From positions 120,431 through 184,430 of the forward strand of contig JBMOPW010000036.1 of NCBI GenBank assembly GCA_049322915.1: a DNA stretch of 64,000 nt, read 5' to 3'. This document shows positions 29,574 to 39,275 of this stretch, piece by piece. This stretch comes from Candidatus Zhuqueibacterota bacterium. GTDB taxonomy: Bacteria; Zhuqueibacterota; Zhuqueibacteria; Thermofontimicrobiales; Thermofontimicrobiaceae. Every line of letters starts with the position of its first letter. Position 1 is the stretch's first letter. The position numbers were made by a program, and so were the translations under genes. The notes beneath the pieces are model-generated. The model was given only the letters and a program-made list of their open reading frames with translations, did no database searches and was not told where the DNA came from.

Positions 29574-31001
29574 TTACTTAACACGCATAAGAAGCATTCG
29601 GAAAGGTTTATTTTGATATACTTCTCCATTCTCATACCAAATACTAATTCCTAAATTAGTCAGAGAATAGGATATTGATTCATCGTCAAAAGCATCTTCA
29701 AAACTTCCCTGCCCTTTCCAATGCGAGTCCCACTTTTTAATTTCAAGACAAATGACGCGCGTGTTGTTCATATCAAATCCAGATGGATAACTTATAAATG
29801 TCGGAGGGCTTGAAGTCGCTGTCCGTCCGGTTATTTGCATAATCTGCAAGATAGAAACACCAGACGCACCCAATTTTAGCCCATCATCTCCTACGACCAG
29901 GACTTGACCTGAAAGATACACATCTCCGCTTATATTGACATTGGGTGGTTCATTTTCACCGCCGGGGGAATCGATAAAATAAAATGTATTGTTATGATAA
30001 TCTATAAAATCAGCCGAAACGCCAGCATGGCCGAATGAAAGGTAATTTTCTCCCTGCAGACCGACGCTATTCGGTTCAACACTATTTGGAAATCTCAGCC
30101 CCCGAAAATAACCAATACCATTTACGGCCAGTTTGTATTGTGGATCGCCGAAACCAATACCGACATTGCCGTTGCTTTTTATCGTAAAGGCATCAATAAG
30201 TCGATTTTGAGTTCCATCACGAAAAAATCGAATTGTTTCTTTACCAGATGGACCAGCATTATCAATCTCCCATGCTCCCTGATTATCCCCATCAACCAGC
30301 GTTATTTGGCCACCTTCCTCACCTTCACCGGTGATCACAACAGATCCTTCGACTTCCAGTCCGTTACCATCAATCTGAACCGGGCCGGCATCTGCCACAA
30401 TTTTACGTCCGGCACCGGGACCACCGAAATCATAGGCCTGATCCAGCGTGCCACCACCAGTTCCACCCCCTTTTGCTGCCGTTGTTTGGGTGCTGCCATC
30501 CGGAAATTTAAAGCCGCCTTCAGTAGAATGGATGGGACCTTTCACCTGCAGCTTAGCCGTGGGATTGTCCAGGCCAATCCCCACATTTCCCTGAGTCGGA
30601 AAAACATTTGTACTGCCCTGAACAGAACCTGCCGTGTAAGCATACGGCACACTGGCAATTTGCTGCCTCGGACTCAAGGTCTCATTTCCGATGACGATTT
30701 CTAGAAATCTCGTTTTATCAGAAAAAATATCCATTGGAATCGGATTCTGACTCCCTAATAAGATACTGAATACTCCCTGGTTGATAGGTACGCTGGAATT
30801 AACTTCTTCCCAGCGTTTTTCACCGCCGGTCAATGCCGTATAAATTCGAAACGTCATACTTTGGTTTTGGTTAATTGGATCACCGTTATTATCCGTTAAA
30901 TAGCCCTGATAAAAAATCACTTGCGGAATTTTCTGGGCATTCAGACTGCTGGCCAGAATTGCCAGAATCATCATCATCATAAAATAAATTTTGAATTTCA
31001 T
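29574..31001 (-). CDS. Secreted tail-fibre/adhesin-like protein
   Basis: Signal peptide; YQGYLTD...GVFSILLG...PRQQIASVPYA N-domain; two GNVGIG beta repeats; FPDGSTQTTA; TLDQAYD. Confidence 0.75.
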   Translation of the reverse strand: MKFKIYFMMMMILAILASSLNAQKIPQVIFYQGYLTDNNGDPINQNQSMTFRIYTALTGGEKRWEEVNSSVPINQGVFSILLGSQNPIPMDIFSDKTRFLEIVIGNETLSPRQQIASVPYAYTAGSVQGSTNVFPTQGNVGIGLDNPTAKLQVKGPIHSTEGGFKFPDGSTQTTAAKGGGTGGGTLDQAYDFGGPGAGRKIVADAGPVQIDGNGLEVEGSVVITGEGEEGGQITLVDGDNQGAWEIDNAGPSGKETIRFFRDGTQNRLIDAFTIKSNGNVGIGFGDPQYKLAVNGIGYFRGLRFPNSVEPNSVGLQGENYLSFGHAGVSADFIDYHNNTFYFIDSPGGENEPPNVNISGDVYLSGQVLVVGDDGLKLGASGVSILQIMQITGRTATSSPPTFISYPSGFDMNNTRVICLEIKKWDSHWKGQGSFEDAFDDESISYSLTNLGISIWYENGEVYQNKPFRMLLMRVK

Positions 31002-31084
31002 AGTTTTACCTTTATGTTTTGAGATTTTTGAAATCCACCATAAATTTGTTAAACGTGTTAAAGGTTTGTTTTTTTAATTCAGTC

Positions 31085-31636
31085 TCATTTCACCAACAAC
31101 ATTCGCTTCACCGCTGAAAAATCTTCTGTAGAAATCTGGTAGAGATAAACGCCGCTTGGAACCGGCAAACCTTGCTGGTCTCGTCCGTTCCAGATTAACT
31201 GATAATTACCAGGCGATTTCAATGGCTCATTTAATTCCCAAATGAGTTGTCCGATGGTATTATAAATTCTAATGGTCAGGGGTGAAGCTTTCAGTAGACT
31301 GTACCGGATTGTTGTTGTTGGATTAAATGGATTCGGATAATTTTGCTGAAGCTGATACTCCTGCGGGAGCAGATCGAAAAAGGATGATGAATCCACCATC
31401 GTACTTCCTGCAAAACCACCGTTCAATTTAAAGTGTTGACTTCTGGCCTCGCCGGGACAGAATGCACCGAGATTGGATCCCAATAATTTGAAACTCGCTG
31501 AATTAGAATGAGCAGTGCTGCTTAACATTTGTCCTTTTGAAAGTCGAAAACTCCGGCTTTGTTGACCGGCAAGCTCAACAACACCAGTCAGAAAAATGAA
31601 TAACAGAAATAGGATACGTAGCTTGTTCTGTTGCAT
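31085..31636 (-). CDS. Small secreted protein with T9SS type A / FlgD-Ig C-terminal sorting domain
   Basis: LQQNYPNPFNPTTTIRY...WNGRDQQG..VPSGVYLY...MLLVK. Confidence 0.88.
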   Translation of the reverse strand: MQQNKLRILFLLFIFLTGVVELAGQQSRSFRLSKGQMLSSTAHSNSASFKLLGSNLGAFCPGEARSQHFKLNGGFAGSTMVDSSSFFDLLPQEYQLQQNYPNPFNPTTTIRYSLLKASPLTIRIYNTIGQLIWELNEPLKSPGNYQLIWNGRDQQGLPVPSGVYLYQISTEDFSAVKRMLLVK

Positions 31637-31684
31637 AGGTATCTCCTGTTTGATTATTAGTAGTATGAATTTTTAAATAAGGTT

Positions 31685-32722
31685 CTACCACGCATATGCC
31701 TCCGGCGCCTCTACTCTCGGTCCTGGCCAAATCTCATCCAGTTTTTTCTTGGTTGATACACTCAACTCAATTTCCAGCGACCGCAAACTTTCGATCAACG
31801 GGTCGACGGTACGCGGCTCCATAATCGGCGCCGTGACCACTGGATTTTTAAACAGCCAGGCCAATGCCACATCCGCCGGCTTTTCACCCAGGGCTTTACA
31901 AAGGAGTTCGTAGGCTTCAATTTTGTCTTTCATCTTTTCAATCTTGTCACCCAGCATGGACCGCCGTCCCTCTTTTGCTTTTATCAATCCGCCAGCCAGT
32001 GAGCCTTCACTCAAAGGGCTATAAGGAATCAGTCCCACGCCATATTCACGACAGGCAGGAATCACTTCCAGTTCTGGAATCCGGGAGTAACGTTTGTATT
32101 GCGTCTGTTCCGCTGCCAGTCCTAAAAAGTGTCGGGCATTGGCGGTTTCACAGGCCAGAGCGATATTCCAACCGGCAAAATTGCTGCTATCGGTATAAAT
32201 GACTTTGTCCTGTTGCATCATAACTTCCATAGCCTGCCAGGTCTCTTCCCATTGTGTCGCTTTTTTCATATGCAGCGGACAATACAACTTCATTCACGGC
32301 AGACTAAACCACGCAATCATACTGGGCAGTATTTCCCCCCGGTCGATGTGATTCATATTGAAGCACATCGATAAGATCCGGTTTCAATCGCCGACGACTG
32401 TTCTCGACCGATTGCCTGATATGAAATGCCGAAAGTCCGAAATCATTGGGTCCCGTGCCCATGGGGATATAAACTTTGGTAGCCAGCACTATTTTTCCCG
32501 GAGCGAGCCATTTACCAATAATCTGTTCGGTAATTCCCTCTCCCAATTTTTCGGAAAAACCGTACACATTCGCCATATCAAAAAAATTGATGCCTGCCTC
32601 CACTGCTGCATCTATAATCTGAAAATTATCGGCTTCATTGGACTCCAGCCAAAATTTATAGTACCCAGACAAAGCCGGCTGACGATGACCCCTGCGCGTC
32701 CTAAAGAGGTGTATTGCATCAT
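31685..32722 (-). pseudogene. Frameshifted aldo/keto reductase
   Basis: MQYTSLGRAGVIVSRLCLGT from 32722 continues in other frames as GINFFDMANVYG...LATKV and SNFAGW...PYSPL...ALAWL; at least two frameshifts. Confidence 0.88.
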
Positions 32723-32744
32723 GATTTCCTTTCGGGGCCGCAGA

Positions 32745-33170
32745 TTATTTTATTTTTATATAATCTCCCTGCCATTTGAAGGTAATGTATGGCTCAACTT
32801 TTAGCCATTTTTCATTAACTTCTGGCCTGTTCCAAATTGTGGCAAAAGCCTCTCCCATTTTGCCTTCCTGGGGAAAATAATAATTCCTTCGCGCCTCGGT
32901 ATCAATAGTCGTCACTTCAATATATTTCCCTTTATAATGACCACGATCAGCTTTATAAACCTCCCACCGGATACCCGGAAAATTGACATTAAATATTTTG
33001 AGAAATTCGTGCATTGATTTTTCAAATGCTTCAGTCTGGGTGCTGTCTTTTAAAGTATACTCGGAAATGGCTACAACCTCAGGGGAAACCGTTTTCTTTT
33101 CCTGGGCAATCAGAGAAGTACTGCCAAATAAAAGATAAGCAATAATGATAAATAAATAAGGTTTATACAT
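32745..33170 (-). CDS. Small secreted hypothetical protein
   Basis: Signal peptide (SLIA-Q); KADRG...YYFP. Confidence 0.75.
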   Translation of the reverse strand: MYKPYLFIIIAYLLFGSTSLIAQEKKTVSPEVVAISEYTLKDSTQTEAFEKSMHEFLKIFNVNFPGIRWEVYKADRGHYKGKYIEVTTIDTEARRNYYFPQEGKMGEAFATIWNRPEVNEKWLKVEPYITFKWQGDYIKIK

Positions 33171-33263
33171 AAAGCCTCAGATTGAATTAATTTAAATAGT
33201 GAATGATCAAAAATGGAATTTTAAAACTGCTGATACAACATACTCATTTTCGCAGATAATGTC

Positions 33264-33302
33264 TAACATGTATGTTGCAATATTTAACAGATATGTTGCA
33301 AT
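33264..33302. promoter_or_regulatory. Candidate HTCS/AraC operator: 18-bp direct repeat at 21-bp period
   Basis: TAACATGTATGTTGCAAT (33264) versus TAACAGATATGTTGCAAT (33285), 16/18 identical. Confidence 0.65.
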
Positions 33303-33448
33303 TGAGAAGAAAATTGGAGTGAATCGTCTCTGTCGCTGTCGCAGACGGAGTCGATGAGTAACAAATTTGACAGATTAATTGTGTAGATAGTAATGGGATT
33401 GATGGGTTGCAGGTACTTTTTTGAATGTTGACTGTGCCTGGAAGGCGC

Positions 33449-36400
33449 TTAAATATACTCCGATGGATTCACCCCGAACTCTTTCCGAAAGCACTGGGAA
33501 AAATAGGACAAATGATTGAATCCCACCTCAAACGCAATCTCCGAAATATTGCCATAGCCCTGCTTAAGCAGACTAGCGGCGCGTCTCAGGCGGATGGAGC
33601 GGATAAATTCAGTGGTCGATTGACCGGTCAGGGCATGCAGCTTTCGGTGCAGTTGGGAACGGCTCAAACCGATTCGGCGGCTGAATTCCTCCGCGCCAAA
33701 TTCCGGATCGGCTATGTTTTCTTCAATCAGATTAAGTGCGCGTTGCATAAAACGCTCATCGGCCGAAGTGACAGCAATTTCATTCCGTTCAACTGATAAT
33801 TTTTGACTAAACCGCGCCCGTAATTGACGCCGCTGATTGATCAAATTGTTGATGCGCACCTGCAGCTCATCCGCATCGAACGGTTTAATGAGGTAATCAT
33901 CGGCGCCTGTTTCCAGGCCTTCGAGTTTGCTGGCTTTGGTCGCGCGCGCCGTGAGCAGAATGACCGGAATGTGACTGGTAATCTCGTCAGTTTTCAGTTT
34001 CGCACATAGTTGAAAGCCATCCATTTTGGGCATCATCACGTCACTAATGATGAGGTCTGGGACATGTTTTTTTGCCTGAACTAATCCTCCTACACCGTCG
34101 CCCGCTTCGATGAGTTGATAATGCGGATTCAAAATATCGCCAATATAGGAACGTAAATCGTTGTTATCCTCCACGATGAGTACAATAGGTTTGTCCTTTA
34201 CGCGAGACGATTCCGCTGCAGGTGTCGTCGCAGGCGCTCCTTCAGTTGAATCAATAGGAATTTCAGAAATAACCGCCGGTACGGTTGCCGTTGCATCAAC
34301 ATTTCCTACTGGCAGCAATACGGTAAAAATACTTCCCACTCCTGGCTCGCTATTCACAAAAATTTCACCGGAGTGCAATCCTACCAGCTCTTTGGTCAAT
34401 GCCAGTCCAATCCCACTGCCTTCATGTTCGTGCACGTACGAATCATCTACCTGATAAAACCGGTCAAAAATATTGTCCAGGCGATCCGCCGGAATGCCAA
34501 TCCCTGTGTCACTGACTTTGATTTCAATCCGGGATTCACTGTTCGGCAGAGTATTTGAATTGACACTCACCGTGACTTTCCCATCTTTCGGCGTAAACTT
34601 CAGCGCATTGGAAATCAGATTGTAAATGATATTCTCCATCTTTTCCCGATCCACCTGCGCCAATAAACATGATTCACCGCTTTCGAACAGTAATTGGACT
34701 TCTTTCAATTTGGCCTGTGATTCAAAAGACTGGACGTAGTGATTCACCAGCCGCACCAGGTCTTCGGTGGTGGGATGCAACTCCATTTTGCCTGCCTCGA
34801 TGCGGGAAAGGTCGAGCAGTTGGTTGATTAATCGATGCAATCGCTGGACATTCCGCCGCATTAGGGAAAAGTCCCGATGGGCTTCGGTATCGGTAATTTT
34901 GGCAATCCACTTTTCCAGCGGCCCTCTAATCAGCGTGATCGGCGTGCGGAATTCGTGGGAAATGTTGGCGAAGAAACGGGATTTTAACCGATCCATTTCT
35001 TTGAGCTGTTCCGCTTCAAATTGCTTCATCTCCAATTGAAAATGCAGCCGGGCGCGGTACTGATTGAACCTCCACCCGCCATAAATTACTAGGCTAATCA
35101 GAATCGTGTAAATCAAATACGCCCCGGTCGTTCGCCAGTACGGTGGCCTGATTTTCAGGCGGACGGTCGCACCGGTTTCATTCCAGCGGCCATCGTTATT
35201 CGTACCTTTCACTTTAAATCGGTAATTGCCCGGAGATAGGTTGGTGTAGGTCACGAAACTTCGGTTCCCGGCCTGAACCCAATCCTGTTCAAATCCTTCC
35301 ATTTGATATGCGTATTGATTCGCAGTCGGATCCACAAAATCCAGCGCGGCAAATTCGAACGAAATAACTTTTTCGGAATGGGTCAGGGTGATCTCTTCGG
35401 TTTCGGCAATGGATTTTTGCAGAAAAAGTGAGCCAATGTTTACTGATTGGTTAAAAATCTGAAAATCAGTGAATACGATTGGCGGGATGAATGAATTTAT
35501 CCGAATCTGTTTCGGAAAAAAAGAGACCATGCCATCGACGCCCCCAAAAAACAGTTCACCGGTGCGCGGGCTTTTGAAAAAAGCGTTTTGGTGAAATTTG
35601 TCGAAGACCAGCCCATTACCGCAATGATATCGTTTTTTGATCATTCCTTGTTCGGGATCAAAATGAATAAGTCCCTGATTGGTGCTGATCCATAAATTCA
35701 ATTCATGATCTTCCAGAATGCCATAAATGGCGGCATCGATACCGGTGGGATAAAAGGTCCGGGTGGGTATGTCGAGTCGAAATAAGCCTGCCTGGCTGCC
35801 AATCCAAAACCGGCCAGCCGCATCTTCATAAGCGGCGAGGATACTGTTTTGCAAAAACGAATAATTCGGTTGGTTCCGATTCAGAAACTGTTCAAACTGG
35901 TTGCGTGCGGCATCGTAGCGGTTAATCCCTCCGTCAGTACCAATCCATAACTCTGCGGGATGTTTTGAATAAATAAAATTAATGGTGTGACTGCTGATTT
36001 TCGTCGAATCCCCTTCTTGCGGGAAGTGCTGCAGCAAACGATTTGATTGGCGCTTAAATTGATACAGACCATCTCCCCCAGTGCCAATCCATAAATCGCC
36101 CGACGGTTCTTCGAAAATCGCCGTAATTTTATTCTCTGCCAGTGGCTGAAAGAGCGATGGAATTTTTTTATAACCAAGACGATTACGGTCGATTTGATAA
36201 AGTCCGTAGCCAGTACCTACCCATAACTGCCCGCTCCGATCTTCATATATCGTAACGATATAATTTGTATTTGCGTCGATTTTACCATTCAGGTCGATCT
36301 TTAGCTGGTGAAATGTATTCATATCCCGTTGAATCCGCGTCAGTCCGTGGTAAGTACCCACCCATAAATTACGTGCTGTATCCTCATAAATTGCCTGTAC

Positions 36401-37579
36401 AATTTTGTGCCCCAGACCATTTACCGTGTATGGGCGGAAGCGCCAGGTTTGAAATTGAGTATGAAACGGATTGATTTTATTTAATCCGCCGCCCCAGGTC
36501 CCGACCCAGATGTTGCCGCTGCGGTCTTCATAAATTGCCGTTATTGCATTTTGCGATAACGAGGCGTTTTTTTCCGGATCATTTTTAAAATGAGCCAAAA
36601 AATTTTTTCGATCGCTGGCGAGACACAATCCCTCCCCCCAGGTACCGGCCCACAATCTTCCCGAGCGGTCGATCAGGATGCGATTGACAAAATTACTGCA
36701 CAGGGAGTTTGGCTCGGACGGATTATTTTGAAATACGCTGTATTTTTGGGTGTGCTGATCCCAATAATTGACGCCCCGGCCGGCTGTGCCGAACCAAAGT
36801 AGGCCATCCGGCGCGGCCAAGATTTGCCGCACATCGTAGTGGTTTATGCCGAACGGGTGGTTGCTTTGCGGTGGATAATTTTGGATCTGAACCGTATCCG
36901 GATCAAATGGCTTCAGCCAATTTATTTGATTTAAATCAATTCCCAGCAAACCTGTGTTTTCAGTGGCAATCCAAAGTACATTTTCTTGATCGATATGCAG
37001 ATCCCAGAGATGCTGACTTTCCGGGCCATGACTTCTTTTGAGATTCTCTTTGAAATGTACAAATTTTCCGCTTTCGGGCCGGAAATAATCAAGGCCGGCG
37101 CTGCGGGTGGCAATCCAGAGTCCCCCCTGGGGGTCTTCACATATCGCAGCCAGTTTATTATGAATCAAACTATGTTTTTCCCGGGGTTTGTTTTGATATC
37201 GGATGAATTTTTCCTGCTCCCGATCGAATCGATTCAATCCACCGGCGTGGGTGCAAATCCACAGCCGCTGCTGGCTATCTTCGAAAAGACAACGGATGTC
37301 GTTATCACTAATCGAAGTCGAATCCTGCGGATCATTTCGGAAAATTTTGAAGTGCTTGCCATCATAGCGGTTAAGTCCATTTTCAGTGCCAATCCATAAA
37401 AAACCCTTCGCGTCTTGAACGATACAAAAGACGGTATTGTTGGATAGACCGTGTTCAGTGGTCAATCTTTCGAATTGGAATTCGGAAGTTGAGTAGCAGG
37501 GACTGATGATGAGCATTACCTGAGAAAGAATGAATAACAAGAGCTTTTTATGTAAGTTTATGATTGGCAAGCATCCCAT
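33449..37579 (-). CDS. Hybrid two-component sensor-regulator (beta-propeller, Y_Y_Y, HisKA, HATPase, REC, AraC)
   Basis: Many 'LWIGT..GL' repeats, YTNLSPGNY, ANISHEFRTP, SDVMMPKMDG, AFEVGFNHLSYFSQCF. Confidence 0.96.
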   Translation of the reverse strand: MGCLPIINLHKKLLLFILSQVMLIISPCYSTSEFQFERLTTEHGLSNNTVFCIVQDAKGFLWIGTENGLNRYDGKHFKIFRNDPQDSTSISDNDIRCLFEDSQQRLWICTHAGGLNRFDREQEKFIRYQNKPREKHSLIHNKLAAICEDPQGGLWIATRSAGLDYFRPESGKFVHFKENLKRSHGPESQHLWDLHIDQENVLWIATENTGLLGIDLNQINWLKPFDPDTVQIQNYPPQSNHPFGINHYDVRQILAAPDGLLWFGTAGRGVNYWDQHTQKYSVFQNNPSEPNSLCSNFVNRILIDRSGRLWAGTWGEGLCLASDRKNFLAHFKNDPEKNASLSQNAITAIYEDRSGNIWVGTWGGGLNKINPFHTQFQTWRFRPYTVNGLGHKIVQAIYEDTARNLWVGTYHGLTRIQRDMNTFHQLKIDLNGKIDANTNYIVTIYEDRSGQLWVGTGYGLYQIDRNRLGYKKIPSLFQPLAENKITAIFEEPSGDLWIGTGGDGLYQFKRQSNRLLQHFPQEGDSTKISSHTINFIYSKHPAELWIGTDGGINRYDAARNQFEQFLNRNQPNYSFLQNSILAAYEDAAGRFWIGSQAGLFRLDIPTRTFYPTGIDAAIYGILEDHELNLWISTNQGLIHFDPEQGMIKKRYHCGNGLVFDKFHQNAFFKSPRTGELFFGGVDGMVSFFPKQIRINSFIPPIVFTDFQIFNQSVNIGSLFLQKSIAETEEITLTHSEKVISFEFAALDFVDPTANQYAYQMEGFEQDWVQAGNRSFVTYTNLSPGNYRFKVKGTNNDGRWNETGATVRLKIRPPYWRTTGAYLIYTILISLVIYGGWRFNQYRARLHFQLEMKQFEAEQLKEMDRLKSRFFANISHEFRTPITLIRGPLEKWIAKITDTEAHRDFSLMRRNVQRLHRLINQLLDLSRIEAGKMELHPTTEDLVRLVNHYVQSFESQAKLKEVQLLFESGESCLLAQVDREKMENIIYNLISNALKFTPKDGKVTVSVNSNTLPNSESRIEIKVSDTGIGIPADRLDNIFDRFYQVDDSYVHEHEGSGIGLALTKELVGLHSGEIFVNSEPGVGSIFTVLLPVGNVDATATVPAVISEIPIDSTEGAPATTPAAESSRVKDKPIVLIVEDNNDLRSYIGDILNPHYQLIEAGDGVGGLVQAKKHVPDLIISDVMMPKMDGFQLCAKLKTDEITSHIPVILLTARATKASKLEGLETGADDYLIKPFDADELQVRINNLINQRRQLRARFSQKLSVERNEIAVTSADERFMQRALNLIEENIADPEFGAEEFSRRIGLSRSQLHRKLHALTGQSTTEFIRSIRLRRAASLLKQGYGNISEIAFEVGFNHLSYFSQCFRKEFGVNPSEYI

Positions 37580-37719
37580 TCCAGTACCTTTGATAGATAG
37601 GAAATTTAGATTTCAGGAATTCCAAACTTGAAGGCGTTCAACATTTGACAATACATTGGCAACATTGTAAAGGCCATTATTTAGCCCCACCCTGAAAGCT
37701 GCATGCTCTCTCGGATGCC

Positions 37720-37748
37720 AATTTAATTAATCATACACGGAAAAGCAA
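37720..37748 (-). promoter_or_regulatory. Sigma70-type promoter for the hybrid two-component gene
   Basis: Minus strand TTGCTT-N17-TAAATT. Confidence 0.4.
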
Positions 37749-38454
37749 GCAATTTTACTCAATCGAATTTGATTCGTAAACGAATATCCCCAAAGTGATC
37801 TGCCGGAAGGTAAGAATATCGAGCTTATTGTATTGATGTCATTCGTTATTCATCGATGTTGATTCTATTCTAGATCGGAGAAGAATTGCAGATTCAGGTC
37901 AACACTGTTAAAAAAGATGTTATCCGCATCTTTGAATGGTACAATGCATGGTACTCTTCAGTTCAGCTCATCGAGGAAAATTTTCGGAAAGTTAAAAATT
38001 TTATTTTTGAAGACTTTGAAAGGCAACTGATTATTGAAAAGCAGTAACTGTTGAATATTATTCCCAAAGTTAATGGCAACGCCCTACGATTCGATCATTT
38101 TGGCGCATTTGAAATAGCAAGGAAAAAGCGATTTATCCGAGTGGCGAACAGAGCTTTGAAAGGAAATACCTAATCCAGATACTGCGCATAAACCGAAAAT
38201 TACTGATCATTCACACTGGCAAATGTTTATTCAAACGAAATTTACCTTAGCCAAATTTTTTCTGCAACTACAATATATACTTTATTGGCTGGTACGATTG
38301 GTGCCAAGCTGGTACTTTTGTTCCAATCTCATTGCAGAAAAGATGGGCCGAAAAGTGCCAATCGCTCCGTCGACTTGGAGGATTGTCTTTCGACAAAGAA
38401 AAAAAAGTGTGGTAACCATCTGATTTTTAATCAAATCGTAAGTTGAATTTTTTA

Positions 38455-38469
38455 TGGCACAGTGCTTGC
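38455..38469 (+). promoter_or_regulatory. Sigma54 (-24/-12) promoter
   Basis: TGGCAC-AGTGC-TTGC matches the RpoN consensus. Confidence 0.7.
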
Positions 38470-38702
38470 CTAACTTCGAGGTGAAAGCGCATCATAAAAG
38501 CAAGCGGGAAATCGAAGTGTGAATGGAGTTGATAAAATGAGAACGATACATGTGGTGATAGAAAGAACGCTAACTGAGGAATTGATCTTTGACTTATCGA
38601 TAATTCCATTCCTGCTCCTGACGCTGGTCTTGTAAATTCTCAATAAAAAATATGAAGTATAAATGGATGAGATTTTAACTTAACGAAAATGGAGGTACTG
38701 CG

Positions 38703-39098
38703 ATGAAAACGATGAAGAATCTGGTATTGACCGCTGTGTTGGCCCTTGCCCTTGTGAGTTTTGCGGCGGCACAAACACAACCTTTGAACGACAAGGAATA
38801 TGATCAGTATTTGATTAATTCCCTTCAGGATGAAAATGCCGGGATTCGCACCAGTGCAGCCCAGTTGCTGGGCGAGCGCAAAGTCGAAAATGCTGTTGAC
38901 CCATTGATTCAGTTGATGAGGTCGGATAAGTGTCACTCAGTCAGAATAATTGCTGCTCTTGCGCTGTATAAAATTGGAGATAAAAGAGCATTGCCCGATA
39001 TCAAAAACCTGGCAAAAACGGATACGTATCGATGTGTGAGAGTCGTGGCAACGGGCATTGTGATGAAAATGGAGTCGGTTGAATACGCGCAACGGTAG
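38703..39098 (+). CDS. Secreted HEAT-repeat protein
   Basis: Signal peptide (AAA-Q), IRTSAAQLLG / VRIIAALAL HEAT repeats, GGAGG ribosome-binding site. Confidence 0.88.
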   Translation: MKTMKNLVLTAVLALALVSFAAAQTQPLNDKEYDQYLINSLQDENAGIRTSAAQLLGERKVENAVDPLIQLMRSDKCHSVRIIAALALYKIGDKRALPDIKNLAKTDTYRCVRVVATGIVMKMESVEYAQR

Positions 39099-39120
39099 CA
39101 AATTTGGTGAAAGGTGTGGA

Positions 39121-39158
39121 AAAAAAGCATCGGGCTCATGGCTCGGTGCTTTTTTTTT
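39121..39158 (+). terminator. Bidirectional intrinsic terminator
   Basis: AAAAAAGCATCGGGC-tcatg-GCTCGGTGCTTTTTTTTT. Confidence 0.8.
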
Positions 39159-39275
39159 GGCCTGTTTAGCTTTTTGGGGGGGACAGATTCTTGCAATGGA
39201 CATGCGCATCCCGAACGATTAAATCTGAGTCCTTCGTCATCGGTTGAGATGTCTGTTTGTTGATAGGCGCGAGAT

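Noticed and set aside
29574..29850. Fibre C-terminus as a diversity-generating retroelement target
   Set aside because: No template repeat or reverse transcriptase in the window.
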